Part shown: positions 24,092-37,370 of the stretch, piece after piece
Layout of the letters: each line of letters begins with the position of its first letter
How positions within the stretch are numbered: the first letter of the stretch is position 1
Assembly (NCBI GenBank): GCA_951406725.2
Contig: OX597835.1
Span: 38,688,001-38,752,000, forward strand
Direction: 5' to 3'
DNA from: Octopus vulgaris
Lineage: Eukaryota
Length of the DNA: 64,000 bases
The notes under the pieces: generated by a model
Database searches by the model: none
Told to the model about the DNA's origin: nothing
The model's input: the letters and a program-made list of their open reading frames with translations, nothing else
Made by a program: the position numbers and the translations under genes

Positions 24092-24150
24092 TTGCACTGA
24101 AGATTAAAAAGTGCATTTCGGCAGTAATAATGAAATCACGGGATTTGCAA
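24092..24150 (+). ncRNA. Type I hammerhead ribozyme motif
   Basis: UUGCA-CUGAAGA-UU...UGC-AUUUCG-GCA...AU-GAAA-UC-ACGG-GA-UU-UGCAA: intact core, 5-bp stem I, irregular stem II. Confidence 0.65.
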
Positions 24151-24787
24151 CTGAGTTCTGTTTTTAAAGGGCTCGCTTCGAGAGTTGCACTCCTTCGCAT
24201 TCGATACTAAGTGTTTATTTATTTTGGTAGTTTTGACTTTAAGAGTCCCTCCTAGCGTGTGGCATTTATGTATAGTAAAGCCCTCAATATAATAATAATA
24301 TAAATAAATTTATTTAAGAGAAAAATTGATGGATTTTTCTTTTATGAGTTTTTTTTTCACGCTGACTACATGATAAATTATTATAAATATTTTATCCTAT
24401 TTTTAAATTGTGTATATATATATGTGTGTATGTATATATATATATATATATATATATTAAGGTATGTAGAAAAATACAACAAGGACAAGAACGTATAACT
24501 CTTAGAAGACGACACAATAAACACGGACAGGACATTCGAAACCCTCAGTCTTCAGTCAAGAACCGGATCATCGTAGTAATTTCGGCTGATTAATCTTGAG
24601 ATTACTAGATCACGGCCAGCCCTCCAAGAAAAACCAAGCAACGAGCATTAGAAAAACTAAGCTGGAAGCGTAGATTTCCTGGAAGAAGGATCGAATGCAT
24701 ACGAACACCAGGACAGCAAAAGGGACAGATATAAAAAAACAAAAAACAATAATGGAATACAGAAACATGAAATACAGAAGCATTAAC

Positions 24788-24840
<53 letters not shown>

Positions 24841-24925
24841 ATATAGGTGTGTGTATACATATATATATATATATGAATATACGCGTGTGTGTGTATATAC
24901 GTATAGATCGATAGATATACATACA

Positions 24926-24966
<41 letters not shown>

Positions 24967-24968
<2 letters not shown>

Positions 24969-25367
24969 GGGTGGCTGTGTGGAAAGAAGCTTGCTTCCCA
25001 ACCACATGGCTCCGAGTTCAGTCCCACTACGTTGTATCTTAGGCGAATGGCTTCTACTATAGCCTCAGGCCGACCAAAGCCATGTGAGTGGATTTGGTAG
25101 ATGGAAACTGAAAGAAGACTGTCGTATATATAAATTTATATGTGTGTGTGTATGTGTCTGAATATATATGTCTATGTTTGTGTGTCTGTGTTTGACCGCT
25201 CACCATCGCTTGACAACCGATATTGGTGTGTTTACGTCCCCGTAACTTAGCTGTTCGGGAAAAGAACGGTTGGAATAAGTACTAGGCTTACAAAGAATAA
25301 GTCTGGGGGCGAATTGTCCGGACAAAAGCGGTACTCCTGCACGACTGAAACAAGTAAAGGAATATAA

Positions 25368-25370
<3 letters not shown>
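24967..25370 (+). mobile_element. SINE family B
   Basis: Colinear with 17578-18000. Confidence 0.88.
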
Positions 25371-25423
<53 letters not shown>

Positions 25424-25455
25424 TTTATTTTAAGCAGCAGAAAATTCAACAAAAT

Positions 25456-25493
25456 CTGTTACTCTGAGTTTCTCGTTGCCGTTCATCAGACAG
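25456..25493 (-). ncRNA. Minimal type I hammerhead motif
   Basis: CUGU-CUGAUGA-ACG-GCAA-CGA-GAAA-CUC-A-GAG-UA-ACAG: intact core, 4-bp stem I, GNRA-capped stem II, quasi-palindromic stem III. Confidence 0.7.
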
Positions 25494-26555
25494 TTTTTGT
25501 TAGAATGGAACTGATATATCAATTCAATCTATACTCTTACAAACGCTACACCTTTAAAAAGAAATGGACTTGTTTGATTGGCCCTTTAGAAAAAACGGTC
25601 AATCTTCGAGCGATAAACAAAAAGGTCAAAGATATATGTATATATATATAAAAAACTTATAAAAATTATATATAAAAACTTATAAAAATTATAAAATCCG
25701 AGGAAAAACCATTGACGTTAATGAAGACAGTGCAAATTAATGCATAGAAATTAAACCTGTTATAAATACTGCAATACATATTTATATTAAAATCTACATA
25801 TATATATCAACATACACAAAAGGATGCGCGTAAACGCCATACATACATATACAGACGTATGAATATGAATTTAAATATACACATAAAAGCATGTGTACAT
25901 ATATTCACGCAAACCGTCTCGCACGCAAGCTAAAATTCATCTATGTAGCAATTCTCATATACTGGGCAAGGAGGGGGAACGAAAGAAAGGGAGAGAGAGA
26001 AAAAAGAAACGAAGGAGGGGTGGGGAAAAAAACGAAATAAGCAGTGTAACGATGTTATTGGCATCTATAGAGGCCAGTATACATACACAAGTTTGAATGG
26101 ATACATATACATACCGTCGTGTATATGTGTGCTTAAGCACAAACATACTTTCACTTGCACATACACAGATACGTATGCTTACAAATACATATGCTTTGCT
26201 ATACACATACTTATATAAACATTCTAATTTTGACAACATTGCTTTTTTTAAAAAACATTGCTTTTAAAAAATGGGTGCATTAATAAAAATATATACGAAA
26301 GACATATAAAATAAAATATAACATCCTATTTTGGGTCATTTATAAATAATCAAGGTAATATAAATAATCAAGGTAATCCTATGCAATACAATAACATGAA
26401 AACAAAGTTTGTAGGTTTTTCCTAATATATATATAGAAACATAAGACTTTGCTATACGGATTAAGATCCACGTAGCTTGGAAACAGAATCCAAATTCATC
26501 GTAGCGCTCAAGAGTCAAAATCAAAATCAAAAATCAAAAATACAAAATATATACT

Positions 26556-26815
26556 CTATCCATATGATATATTTATATTCGACATTTTAAATTTAGCCGC
26601 GTGCCTACATAAGTTCATTAACTCACTTCTTTGATTCAAAGAATTATTGTCTTTGAATAAGATATACATTTTCTCTAATAAACAAAGTCTGCACTTGAAA
26701 TTATTTTTGTAAGCTCCATGCCTGTATGGTGCCGCCCTGTCCAGAATGCTCCATGTCACGTTGAAAGGTGGGGCTTCCTTTTCTTTTAGTTCCCAGACAT
26801 ATTTTGCTAGGCTGG
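26556..26815 (-). pseudogene. Penelope-like element, GIY-YIG endonuclease C-terminal fragment
   Basis: SLAKYVWELKEKEAPPFNVTWSILDRAAPY...CRLCLLEKMYIL...LNQRSELMNLCRH fits the Penelope LSxxxWxLK...CxLCLxEK...LNxRSE...CRH pattern. Confidence 0.85.
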
Positions 26816-26901
26816 TTTTCTTCCTATTCTCTGGGTATTTAAATGAATTTTTATGAGAATAAAATCTTGTTTTAGATGAATTATATATATATATATACAG
26901 A

Positions 26902-26936
<35 letters not shown>

Positions 26937-27047
26937 TCAGAGGGATAGACTGACAGACAGGTAAATAGATAGATAAATATAGATTGTACACACGCACACA
27001 CACACACACACACACAAACACACATATATTTACATAGACATACATAT

Positions 27048-27211
27048 GCGTAGGAGTGGCTGTGTGGTAAGAAGCTTGCTTCCCAATCACATGGTTCCAG
27101 GTTCAGTCCCACTGCATGGTACCTTGGGCAAGTGTCTTCTACTGTTGCTTCAGGCCAACCTAGACCCTGTGGGTGGATTTGGTAGATGTGGAAACTGAAA
27201 GAAGCCTATCG

Positions 27212-27252
<41 letters not shown>

Positions 27253-27460
27253 AGTTGTGTGTCTGTGTTTGTTCGCTCACCAACGCTTAACATCCGAGGT
27301 TGGTGTATTTACGTCTCCGTAAGTTAGCGGTTCGGCAAATGAGACCGATAGATTAAGTAATAGGCTTACAAAAATAAGCCCTGGGGGGAAGGGGTCGATT
27401 TGTTCGAGTAAAGGTGGTGCTCCAGCATGGTCGTTGTCAAATGACAGAAACAAGTAAAAT
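27048..27460 (+). mobile_element. SINE family B
   Basis: Colinear with other family B copies. Confidence 0.88.
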
Positions 27461-27699
27461 AATATGTATGTATGTATGTATGTATGTATGCTTATGTATG
27501 TTTATGTGTGTGCGTGTGTGTATGTGCAAGTCTCTGTACATAATCACGTATATGTATGTACGTTTGTGTATTTCTATGTGTGCGCGTGTGCGAATGCGTG
27601 TGTACGTATTTAGAATGGAATGGTGACATTTGAAAGAGCGCCGTGCGAATAGAACAAAAAGGTGAGGAAGATATTTTTCAAGTTTGGCGCAGTTATTGG

Positions 27700-27821
27700 T
27701 AACGGTCGTAATGGGTAGTGGCGGTGGAGATGGCGATGGTAGTGGTGGCGTTGTTAGTGGTGTGGTGGTGGTGGTGGTGGCGGCGACGGTAGTGTTGGCG
27801 ATGGTGGCGTTGGTGGCGGTG

Positions 27822-27853
<32 letters not shown>

Positions 27854-28625
27854 GATGATGATGGTGGCAGTGGCGGCGACGACGGTACTTGTTGGTGGTG
27901 GTGGCGTTGGTGGCGGTGTTGTTGTTGTTGTTGGTGGTGGTGGCGTTGTTGGCGGTGGTGGCGTTGGTGGCGGTGGTGGCGTTGGTGGCGGTGGTGGCGG
28001 TGGTGGCGGTGGTGGCGTTGGTGGCGGTGGTGGCGTTGGTGGCGGTGGTGGCGTTGGTGGCGGTATTGTTGTTGTTGTTGTTGGTGGTTGTGGTGGTGGT
28101 GGTGGTGATAATGATGGTTGCAGTGGCGGCGGTCTTGGTTTGGTGATGGTCGTGTCAGTGTTGGCGCCGATCTCGATTGTAGCATTAAGGGATGAAAAAG
28201 ATTATGATTGCTCTGGGGGAGTTGGTTATGTTGGCGGCGCCGGCGGCGTCGTCATCGGTAGTGGTGGTCGCGGCGGCGGCGCCTCAACAGCATGTTTGTT
28301 GTTTCTTTGACCAGCCACCCCTACCCCCACACACTATCCGCACCCCCGGCACACACACACATCACTTTAACCATCCACACCCGACATCACTTTAACCGTC
28401 CACCACACATCATGCTCTATAACACTCCTTCATCAACACCTCCACCACACTACCACCGCCATCGCAGCCGCCACCACCACCACCACTGCCACAATCACCA
28501 CCATCACCACCACCACCACCACCACCATCACCAACACCACCACCACCACCACCACCATCACCAACACCACCACCACTACCACCATCACCACCACCACCAC
28601 CACCACCACGTCCGCCACCACCGCC
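27700..28625. repeat. (GGT/GGC/GTT)n tract followed by a complementary (CAC/CCA)n tract
   Basis: G-rich about 27700-28280, C-rich about 28440-28625. Confidence 0.93.
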
Positions 28626-29364
28626 TTCTGTGAAATCTGTATGACGCTGTGACGAGATGTGGGGGCGGTGCTACAAGGAATGTGAGAGTGGTGTGGGTGT
28701 AGGTATGATGGTAGAGAATGGTTTGACATTTCTGCTCAGGACATCTTTTTTGTGGCATTTTCCGTGTATATGAACGTGTGTGTGTGCCTCTGTAAATGTG
28801 TGTGTATGTGTGTGCGCGTACGTGTATGTGAGTCTACGTGTGTGTACGCGTGTGTGCATGTGTGTGTATGCGTGTGTGCATGTGTGTGTATGTGTGTGTG
28901 TGCGTTTCTTTCTGGTATGATATCGGCCAGTATTCCATGCCAGTGTGGGTGTGTGTCGATAAATACGTGCGTGTATGTGTGTGAGAATATATTATGCAAA
29001 TTATGTCGACAAATTTAGTTCTGTCCGAGTTTGTGTTTACTATAAATAGTAATAAGTTTCTGTTTACTATTTTCTATTTACTATATGGTCCGGATAGTGA
29101 CTAAATGATTTTTGATGAAGCTGTAAAATAACTGTTGCAGTTAGCCTGGTTTGCTCGGGTTTGATTTCGTTTGATTTCTTTTTGGTTCGCGGTGAGAAAA
29201 ACCGGATTTTACAAGAATCGGTCTTTATTTTACAGATATTTGAAAAATATGTTCATAATAAAGAGTAATCTACGTCTCTATCCTGATTCTGTGCAGAGAT
29301 TCTATTAATCAATATACATACGTATATGTGTATGTATATGCATATGTATATATATATATGTGTG

Positions 29365-29395
<31 letters not shown>

Positions 29396-29966
29396 AGTCA
29401 CCATGATAGATCGTTAGCCACTACACACATTTTTTCTCTCCTTGTTTTTTTCTGTGTCCCTTTCTGTAGAAGAGCGTAGGCTCGAAATGTAAAAGATTTT
29501 TTCTATTCCTGAGCGTTATACTAATACATCTGTTTGTTTTGTACACCACCTGTCTTCGTCTTTTGTTTTTGTTTCGTAAACTCTTCCGATATATATATAG
29601 AGAGAGGGGGGAGAGAAGGTGATGGGGAGAGGGAGAGCGGGAGAGGGAGAGAGAGTGAGGGATAGAGACAAGTTGGGGAGATTGCATGCACACACAAAAA
29701 CACAAGATTTACCTCAAGGACGTCATTATCAAACTTAGCTTCCTCAACGTCAGTTTCAAATTTGTCATAGTCAACCTCAATTTCGTAGCTTTTGTGATCG
29801 CTTATTTCGCATTTGCATAAAACAATCCTTTGATCCGATTTCACACCCTATTTCAACACACACAGTCTTTATACCTTTTCCTCGGCTTATGTTGCGGTTA
29901 CTTACCAGAGTTGAGCTCACCATATATAAAGACGCTTTGGCAAACGCGCGTCTTTCATTCTAACAT

Positions 29967-30290
29967 TGGATATGTATTATATGTGATCGTGTTGTGTTGT
30001 CAAAAGCAGGATACGTGAATCATATGAAATCACAAGTGAATCGCAATGCCCAAATAGGTAATGATCTTGGACACCAACCGCCTCTTACGACTTACGCCAT
30101 ATGTGAAAAAACTTGTAAGACAATATCTGGACTTAAAAGAGATATGCTAGCAACCCAAAAACATTCCTTCAGAATCAGATCCCAAAGGGCAAAAGTATAG
30201 GAAAAACTTGAATAATATCTATCACTTGTGTTTATACCCTGTCAGTCAGTGGCTGGTCTTAAAAGTCATCTAATGGCTGATCAACGGAGT
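29967..30290 (+). pseudogene. Three decayed C2H2-like zinc fingers, probably the C-terminus of an RTE-like LINE ORF
   Basis: WICIICDRVVLSKAGYVNHMKSQ, YAICEKTCKTISGLKRDM and (after a stop) HLC..PCQSVAGLKSHL; long spacers, no TGEKP linkers. Confidence 0.6.
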
Positions 30291-30365
30291 GATTGTGCTG
30301 TGTGAGGGTGTGTGGTGTGTGTGCTGAGGGGACGGCTTTCATCTCTCAAGATTAAGCAATCATCA

Positions 30366-30441
<76 letters not shown>

Positions 30442-30457
30442 CATACATACACACATA

Positions 30458-30543
<86 letters not shown>

Positions 30544-30823
30544 GAGGGGGATAGACAGATAGATAAATAGATAGATAGATGCATATACATACATACATCG
30601 TGGATATATGAATGCTATGTATGACTAGATAGGCACCAAGTTACAACTCTAATACTGTTACTTATTCAAAGCAGACACTCCAGAAGCAGCTGTCTTTGCT
30701 GCAGAAATGGTTCAAGATACATCGAAACAGATGTAAAGATTTAAGTATATCATGTAACATTTTGCAACAACCTACGTAAATATATTCCGTAAATCTATGA
30801 TTACTTGTCCACTTTTCACAATC

Positions 30824-30872
<49 letters not shown>

Positions 30873-31242
30873 CACACACTCAGAGAAAGAGAGAGAGTGA
30901 GAGGTACATACATACATACATACATACATACATACGTATGTACATACAACAAAATACAGATGCACTTACAAACGTACAGAGACAAACGTTTTAAAATATT
31001 TTAACTATGATAGAAATGGAGAATTCTATTACTTTCGCTACTACCAATTTCAACATCATGTAGATTCTCTCCATACACCTGCTTATTCCATTATCACCAG
31101 ACTTCATTTGAAATATGAATCTATATTCTTCATTTACTCATAGACTTGTCCTACAACATATGAATCATGTGACTATGTGAATGGGTTTGTGCGTGTTACG
31201 ATCATCTGTACATAAGTGTATATACGTAGATCACATTTAGAA

Positions 31243-31381
<139 letters not shown>

Positions 31382-31972
31382 TACATATATATACATATAT
31401 ATATATACATACATATATAAATGTATACATATATATATATATGTGTGTGTGTGTATGTATGTATACACAAGCACACACGTACGCACACGCACGCACACAT
31501 ACACACACATGTGTGTGAAAGAAGAGTGTGTAGTGATTTTGTATATATATATTTATGGGACTGTGCATGTGTCTGTTTGAATGTGTGTGTGTGTGTTCGC
31601 GCGCGCGAGTGTGTGCATATGTCACGTATATATCTAGCGTTTATATACTAAATCATATTCGCAAGAATACTCACCCTCACACACCCAAACACACTCGTAT
31701 ATGTGCGTACATATATAGATACATATGCATATATGTATACATACGTATACATACATCCATTAATACATACATATATGTGTATATATATATATATATATAC
31801 ACACACACATATATATACATGTATATATATGTATATATATATTTACATATGCATATATATATATGTATGTATACATATACATATATGTATATACATATAT
31901 ATACATACATATATATATATATATATATAAATATATATATACATGTATATATATATATGCATATATATATGC

Positions 31973-32056
<84 letters not shown>

Positions 32057-32533
32057 TATATAGATATGCCGATATGCATGGATTACGAGTACATACATAC
32101 GTGAGAATCGTCCTTGTGTATGTGTTTGTATTTGTGTGTGTCTGTGTATTGCCATCTACTATGAGCTATTTTCGAAGCTGAATATATATATATATATATA
32201 CTCGCACACACCCACACCCGCACACACAAGCGCACATGCACACGCAGATACAAACATGCACACACATACACAGAGAGAGAGAGGAAAACCTTAAGTATGC
32301 CAATGTTTTATGGGATGGGAAAATATTTGCCTCAATGAATTTGAATAGCTTTTTGGGAAAAATCAACCAGTTTTATTATACTTCCATATTTATATACATA
32401 TATATATGTATATATATATATGTATATTTATGTGTATACATATATATGTATATATATATGTGTGTATATTTATGTGCATATATATGTATATATATGTATG
32501 TGTGTATATTTATGTGTATACATGTATATGTAA

Positions 32534-32585
<52 letters not shown>

Positions 32586-32589
32586 GTCT

Positions 32590-32627
<38 letters not shown>

Positions 32628-32636
32628 GTCTATACA

Positions 32637-32672
<36 letters not shown>

Positions 32673-32683
32673 CACATACATGT

Positions 32684-32729
<46 letters not shown>

Positions 32730-33440
32730 GTGTGTGTACTTCTTTTCCTATCCCTTCTTATATATCTCCTCTTCTACCTGCCCCTCCTCCATCGTCCCAG
32801 AAACCTCTCCTCCACTGTTGTACCCCTGAACAACCAACTTAATTACTAGATGTGAATGGCCTTTTTTGACATTTGAATGGACGTGGAGGAGATGGACGAG
32901 GAAGAGGAAGTGGAAGGGAATGGGTGAAGGACGACGGTGGAGGAGAGGTAGTGAGAGATATTAATAACTGTTGCTGTTTTGATGCCTCTGTAACCTGCTG
33001 CTAGTGTTGTTTTTGTTGTTTGTTGTTGCGGTTGTTTTTAATGTTGTTGGTGCGGCTGTTGGTGGTGTGGATATTGCTGTTGTTATCACCGTTGTTATTG
33101 CTGTTCGTGCTCTTGTTGTTGCTGAGATGTTTTTGAGATTGCTGTTGTTGTCGTTTTTTGTCTTGTTGTAGTCGCTGTCTTTGCGATTTCGTTGCTGTAG
33201 CGTTCGTTGTTGTTATTTGTTATTTGTTGTTCTTAGTACTACAGCAATTGTTGATGCCCCTTTTTTGTGTACGTGTGGTCCTTATTGCTGCTAATGCTGT
33301 TGCAGTTGTTTGAACTGGTTTTGTTCTTGTTGTCGATGTTGTTGTCGTGACTGTTACTGCTGCCTTTATGCTTACTGCTATTACAACTGTCGTTAAAATA
33401 ATTGTTGTTATTCTTGTATTGTGGGTATTGTTGCTATTCC

Positions 33441-33694
33441 TATTATTATTATTATTATTATTATTATTATCATTATTATTATTATTATCATTATTATTAT
33501 TATTATTATTATTATTAATATTATTATAATTATTATTATTATTATTATTATTATCATTATTATTATTATTATTATTATTATTAATATTATTATTATTATT
33601 ATTAATGTTACGATTGCTTCTCTTATGATTGTTGTTCTTGTTATTATTGTTACTGCTGCCCTTGTCGTCGTCATCGTCGTCGTCGTAGTAGTAA

Positions 33695-33751
<57 letters not shown>

Positions 33752-33931
33752 TTGCAGTATTATCTTGACAACTATAGCTACTATTGCTGTTGTTGCTGTT
33801 GATGTTTTTTTTACCGTTACTGCTGCGGTTGACTTGGTTGTTGTTGTCTGCTGTTACAGTCTTTCTTCCTAATGTTGATGTCATTGTTTCTCTCGTTGCT
33901 AGCGCAGCTGCTCTTGTTGTTGTTGTTGTTG

Positions 33932-33960
<29 letters not shown>
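33441..33960. repeat. (ATT)n, (GTA)n and (GTT)n tracts
   Basis: Direct reading; similar tracts at about 38490-38560 and 39327-39627. Confidence 0.95.
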
Positions 33961-33968
<8 letters not shown>

Positions 33969-34532
33969 TGTTTTTGTTGTTGTTCTTTTTGTTGTGTTGT
34001 TGATGTTGTTACACACATCTCCCTATATACCCAATATGGACATCAACGCCATATTGAGAACATTATTATTATTGTCAATAATAGAGCAAACATCGTTTCT
34101 ATTGTAACAATTATCATAGGAACTTTTTATTATTTTTGTAATTGTTGCTGTTGTTGTTGTTTTTGTGCGTTTATTTTTGTGTTTGCCCTTTGGTTTTATT
34201 TTTTTCTGTTTGTTCTTTTTACTTTTGTTTTTTTTTTTCTTTTTGACATCGATTATTATTTTCGTTTCTATTTTTAATAATTTTTTGTTTCATTACATTC
34301 ATTGTGGAGTATTGATCTGAAATCAATCAATCAATCAATAACACTTACACACACAAATGCATATGGCTGTGCGCGCTCCAACGCGATTTTTGAGTGTATG
34401 AATGTGTGTGCGTGCGTGTATATATGTGTGAGTGTTTAAATGTGTATACATATATGTATGTGTATACGAAAGTGAGTGTATATATGTATATATATATGTA
34501 TATATATGTGTGTTTGGTTGTGTGCGTGTGTA

Positions 34533-34566
<34 letters not shown>

Positions 34567-34717
34567 TACTTATATTCTTTTGTGCGTATACATAGAATGA
34601 ATGTTTGTGTGTGTATATATTATGCAAATATGGTGTAGAGGAAAATGCATAAAAACATGTGTGTGTGCTTGAATGTTTGTGCATATGTCTGTGTGTGAAT
34701 GCTTGTAGGAAGTGTAT

Positions 34718-34771
<54 letters not shown>

Positions 34772-35014
34772 GTGTGCGCTTGCTTTTAAATACAGATATA
34801 TATTCATCACAATTGGGTGTCATCAACACGCATGAAAATAAAAAAGATGCGGGTGAATGCTTCTATACACATACGTATAGATACGTACACATGCACACAC
34901 ATAGAAACAGACACACACACACACACATATATATGTTTGCATACGTACACATACATATGTGTGTCTCCATAGATGCACATTCATACAAATAAACATACTC
35001 GTATACATAATATA

Positions 35015-35925
35015 CGCTGGCCAAAATAAGTTTAAGACCGATGATGACAGTTCTAATCTTTCATGAATTTATTTGTAACATAACTCTGTAAAATTATTTT
35101 ACTTTTTATAGTTTATGTAGACTCTTTTACTTGTTTCAGTCATTTGACTGTGGCCATGCTGGAGCACCGCCTCTAGCCGAGCAAATCGACCCCAGGACTT
35201 ATTCTTTGTAAGCCTAGTACTTATTCTATCGGTCCCTTTTACCGAACCGCTAAGTTACGGGGACGTAAACACACCAGCATTGGTTGTCAAGCGATGTTGG
35301 GGGGGGGACAAACACAGACACACAAACACACATATATATGCATATGCATATATACGACGGGCTTCTTTTCAGTTTCTGTCTACCAAATCCACTGACAAGG
35401 GTTTGGTCGGCCCGAGGCTACACTAGAAGACACTTGCCCAAGGTGCCACGCAGTAGGACTGAACCCGGAACCATGTGGTTCGTTAGCAAACTACTTACCA
35501 CACAGCCACTCCTGCGCCTATGTTTATGTAGACTCGTTTACTCTTTCGAATGATATAGGCTTATATATCTTTCTACAATGCGAATAATTTTAATACGCAA
35601 TTAATTCAACTGATTAGAAATTGTCGGCAAAATAAATATAAGACCGTACCAAGATTATGCAAATTAATTAACCAAATGGATGGTCATATGGCTAGGCGTA
35701 CTGCACTGTTTTGTTTTATAATTGAGCATTGTTACACATTAATTCGCTTTGGGAAAGCGTTGTAGTATCAGCCCAGTCACTAAATCGAAAATCTGTTGCT
35801 TCATCAGCAAAAGGTATCCTTCATGAACATTAGCAAGCAATTAGAATGCAGCAAAACGAGTTCTGTTCAAGCATAGAAACTTTACCAAGTCACTGGCTAA
35901 TACAAAGATCAGCAAAGATCTTTAG
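35015..35925 (+). mobile_element. Tc1-like transposon 5' remnant interrupted by a SINE
   Basis: TA|CGCTGGCCAAAATAAGTTTAAGACC TIR-like start; decayed N-terminal HTH GKRCSISPVTKSKI..LLHQQKVSFMNISKQLECSKTS...VTG*YKDQQRS at about 35749-35920. Confidence 0.6.
35125..35521 (-). mobile_element. Full-length SINE family B with a 14-bp TSD
   Basis: GTTTATGTAGACTC at 35111-35124 and 35522-35535. Confidence 0.95.
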
Positions 35926-36019
35926 AATTATGTTTCTAAAAGAGTTCATGCTAAAAAAAACCAACAAATTTGTGCCAATTATTTTAGAGTGGATTTTAGA
36001 CGTCGACAGCGATGCACAA

Positions 36020-36287
36020 GTTCGAGCAAGGTTGTTTATGGAAGACCAGCAGTCGCCAATGCATACCAGCCTCCCTTCTCTATGCCACTGATGTTATCCA
36101 AGGCAAAGGCAAAGACCGATACAGCTTGGCACCAATGACGTCACAACTCATTTCTACAGCTGAGTGAAATGGAACAACGTGAAGTAAAGTGTCTTGCTCA
36201 AGAACACAACACAGCCGTTCAGGGAATCGAACTCACTATCTCATGATTGTGAGCCCGACGCTCTAATCACTGAGCCATTTGCCTTCA
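36020..36287 (-). mobile_element. SINE family D
   Basis: Minus-strand GGCTCAGTGATTAGAGCGTCGGGCTCACAATCATGAG...GAGTTCGATTCCC, TGTGTTCTTGAGCAAGACAC; homologous to 40825-41136. Confidence 0.85.
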
Positions 36288-36361
36288 TACCTGAATAGTA
36301 CACAAGTACTTTATGGGTAACAGAGACAAATACAGATATATCAAATACAAAATAACGTAAA

Positions 36362-36444
<83 letters not shown>

Positions 36445-36797
36445 CAATTTTTATTCCGAAAAAACTTTTCCTCTCCCGAAATGCAATTCGTAAAAGTTTG
36501 CCATTTGACAGGATGTAATATATGTAAACTCACCCATGTGCTTCGTTGAATGTTGAACAGTTAGCTGATCGACTTAAGCGGGGCAGGGTCGTTGTTTATT
36601 TATAATGCATTCAGGCCTGCTGATGAGTACGTAAGTATGAAATCACTGTGATACAGGTCTATATATTTTTTAAATGTCTTACTTTGAAAAATTGCATTCG
36701 GTGGGATTAGTAATATTTTTGGTAGAAATGACTAATTGTCCCTCTTAGCGTTTGGCATGTATGTATAATGCCTTCTGGCATGTATATAATGCCCTCT
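36445..36797 (+). mobile_element. ~350-nt hammerhead-carrying non-coding element, copy 2
   Basis: Bracketed by (TA)n; colinear with the reverse complement of 10953-11288. Confidence 0.8.
36613..36660 (+). ncRNA. Type I hammerhead ribozyme motif (near canonical)
   Basis: AGGCCUG-CUGAUGA-GUAC-GUAA-GUAU-GAAA-UCAC-U-GUGA-UA-CAGGUCU: 7-bp stem I with one GU, GNRA-capped stem II, quasi-palindromic stem III. Confidence 0.85.
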
Positions 36798-36801
36798 ATA
36801 T

Positions 36802-36842
<41 letters not shown>

Positions 36843-37031
36843 TTTAATGCAGTATACTTACCATTATTAAGAATAACAATAATGATAACGTGGCCAGCAA
36901 CAAATATACAAATAAATTAGGGTACCTAGAAATAGGAGTTAACACTCAAAAGCCACAAAATTTTTCACTATTAAGAAACGCGCATGGTGTTACAAAATGA
37001 ATATTTAAAAAAATAAATGGATACAGTAAGC

Positions 37032-37086
37032 TTAGCTGACGATCCTTAAGTACCAACGTATAAAAAGTGAAATCAGTTGATACCAA
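37032..37086 (+). ncRNA. Degenerate type I hammerhead motif
   Basis: UUAG-CUGACGA-UCCUU...AAGU-GAAA-UCA-GU-UGA-UA-CCAA; intact core, one stem I mismatch. Confidence 0.55.
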
Positions 37087-37370
37087 CATATCTGTTCTTG
37101 CTTTGTGGACTATACTAATTTAGGCCTATTTTTACTATATTCGTTGTGCTTCTTAATAGTGAGAAATCTGTAGCTATTCTGGCAAGTGATATTCCAGTAT
37201 CTTAATTTATTTGTACACAAGCAATGCACTCCGGCGTTGTCTGGTTGTTATGGCTTACAGCCACATTGTACGATGCATGTATGTATGTATGTATGTATGT
37301 ATGTATGTATGTATGTATGTATGTATGTATGTATGCATGCATGTATGTATGTATGTATGTATGTATATAT

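Noticed and set aside
27684-28310. Glycine-rich structural protein ORF
   Set aside because: All frames are low-complexity products of a GGT tract; starts at TTG with no exon signals.
30693-30740. Hammerhead-like CUGCAGA-AAUG...CAUC-GAAA-CAGAUG-UA
   Set aside because: Core substitution and offset stem I; remnant only.
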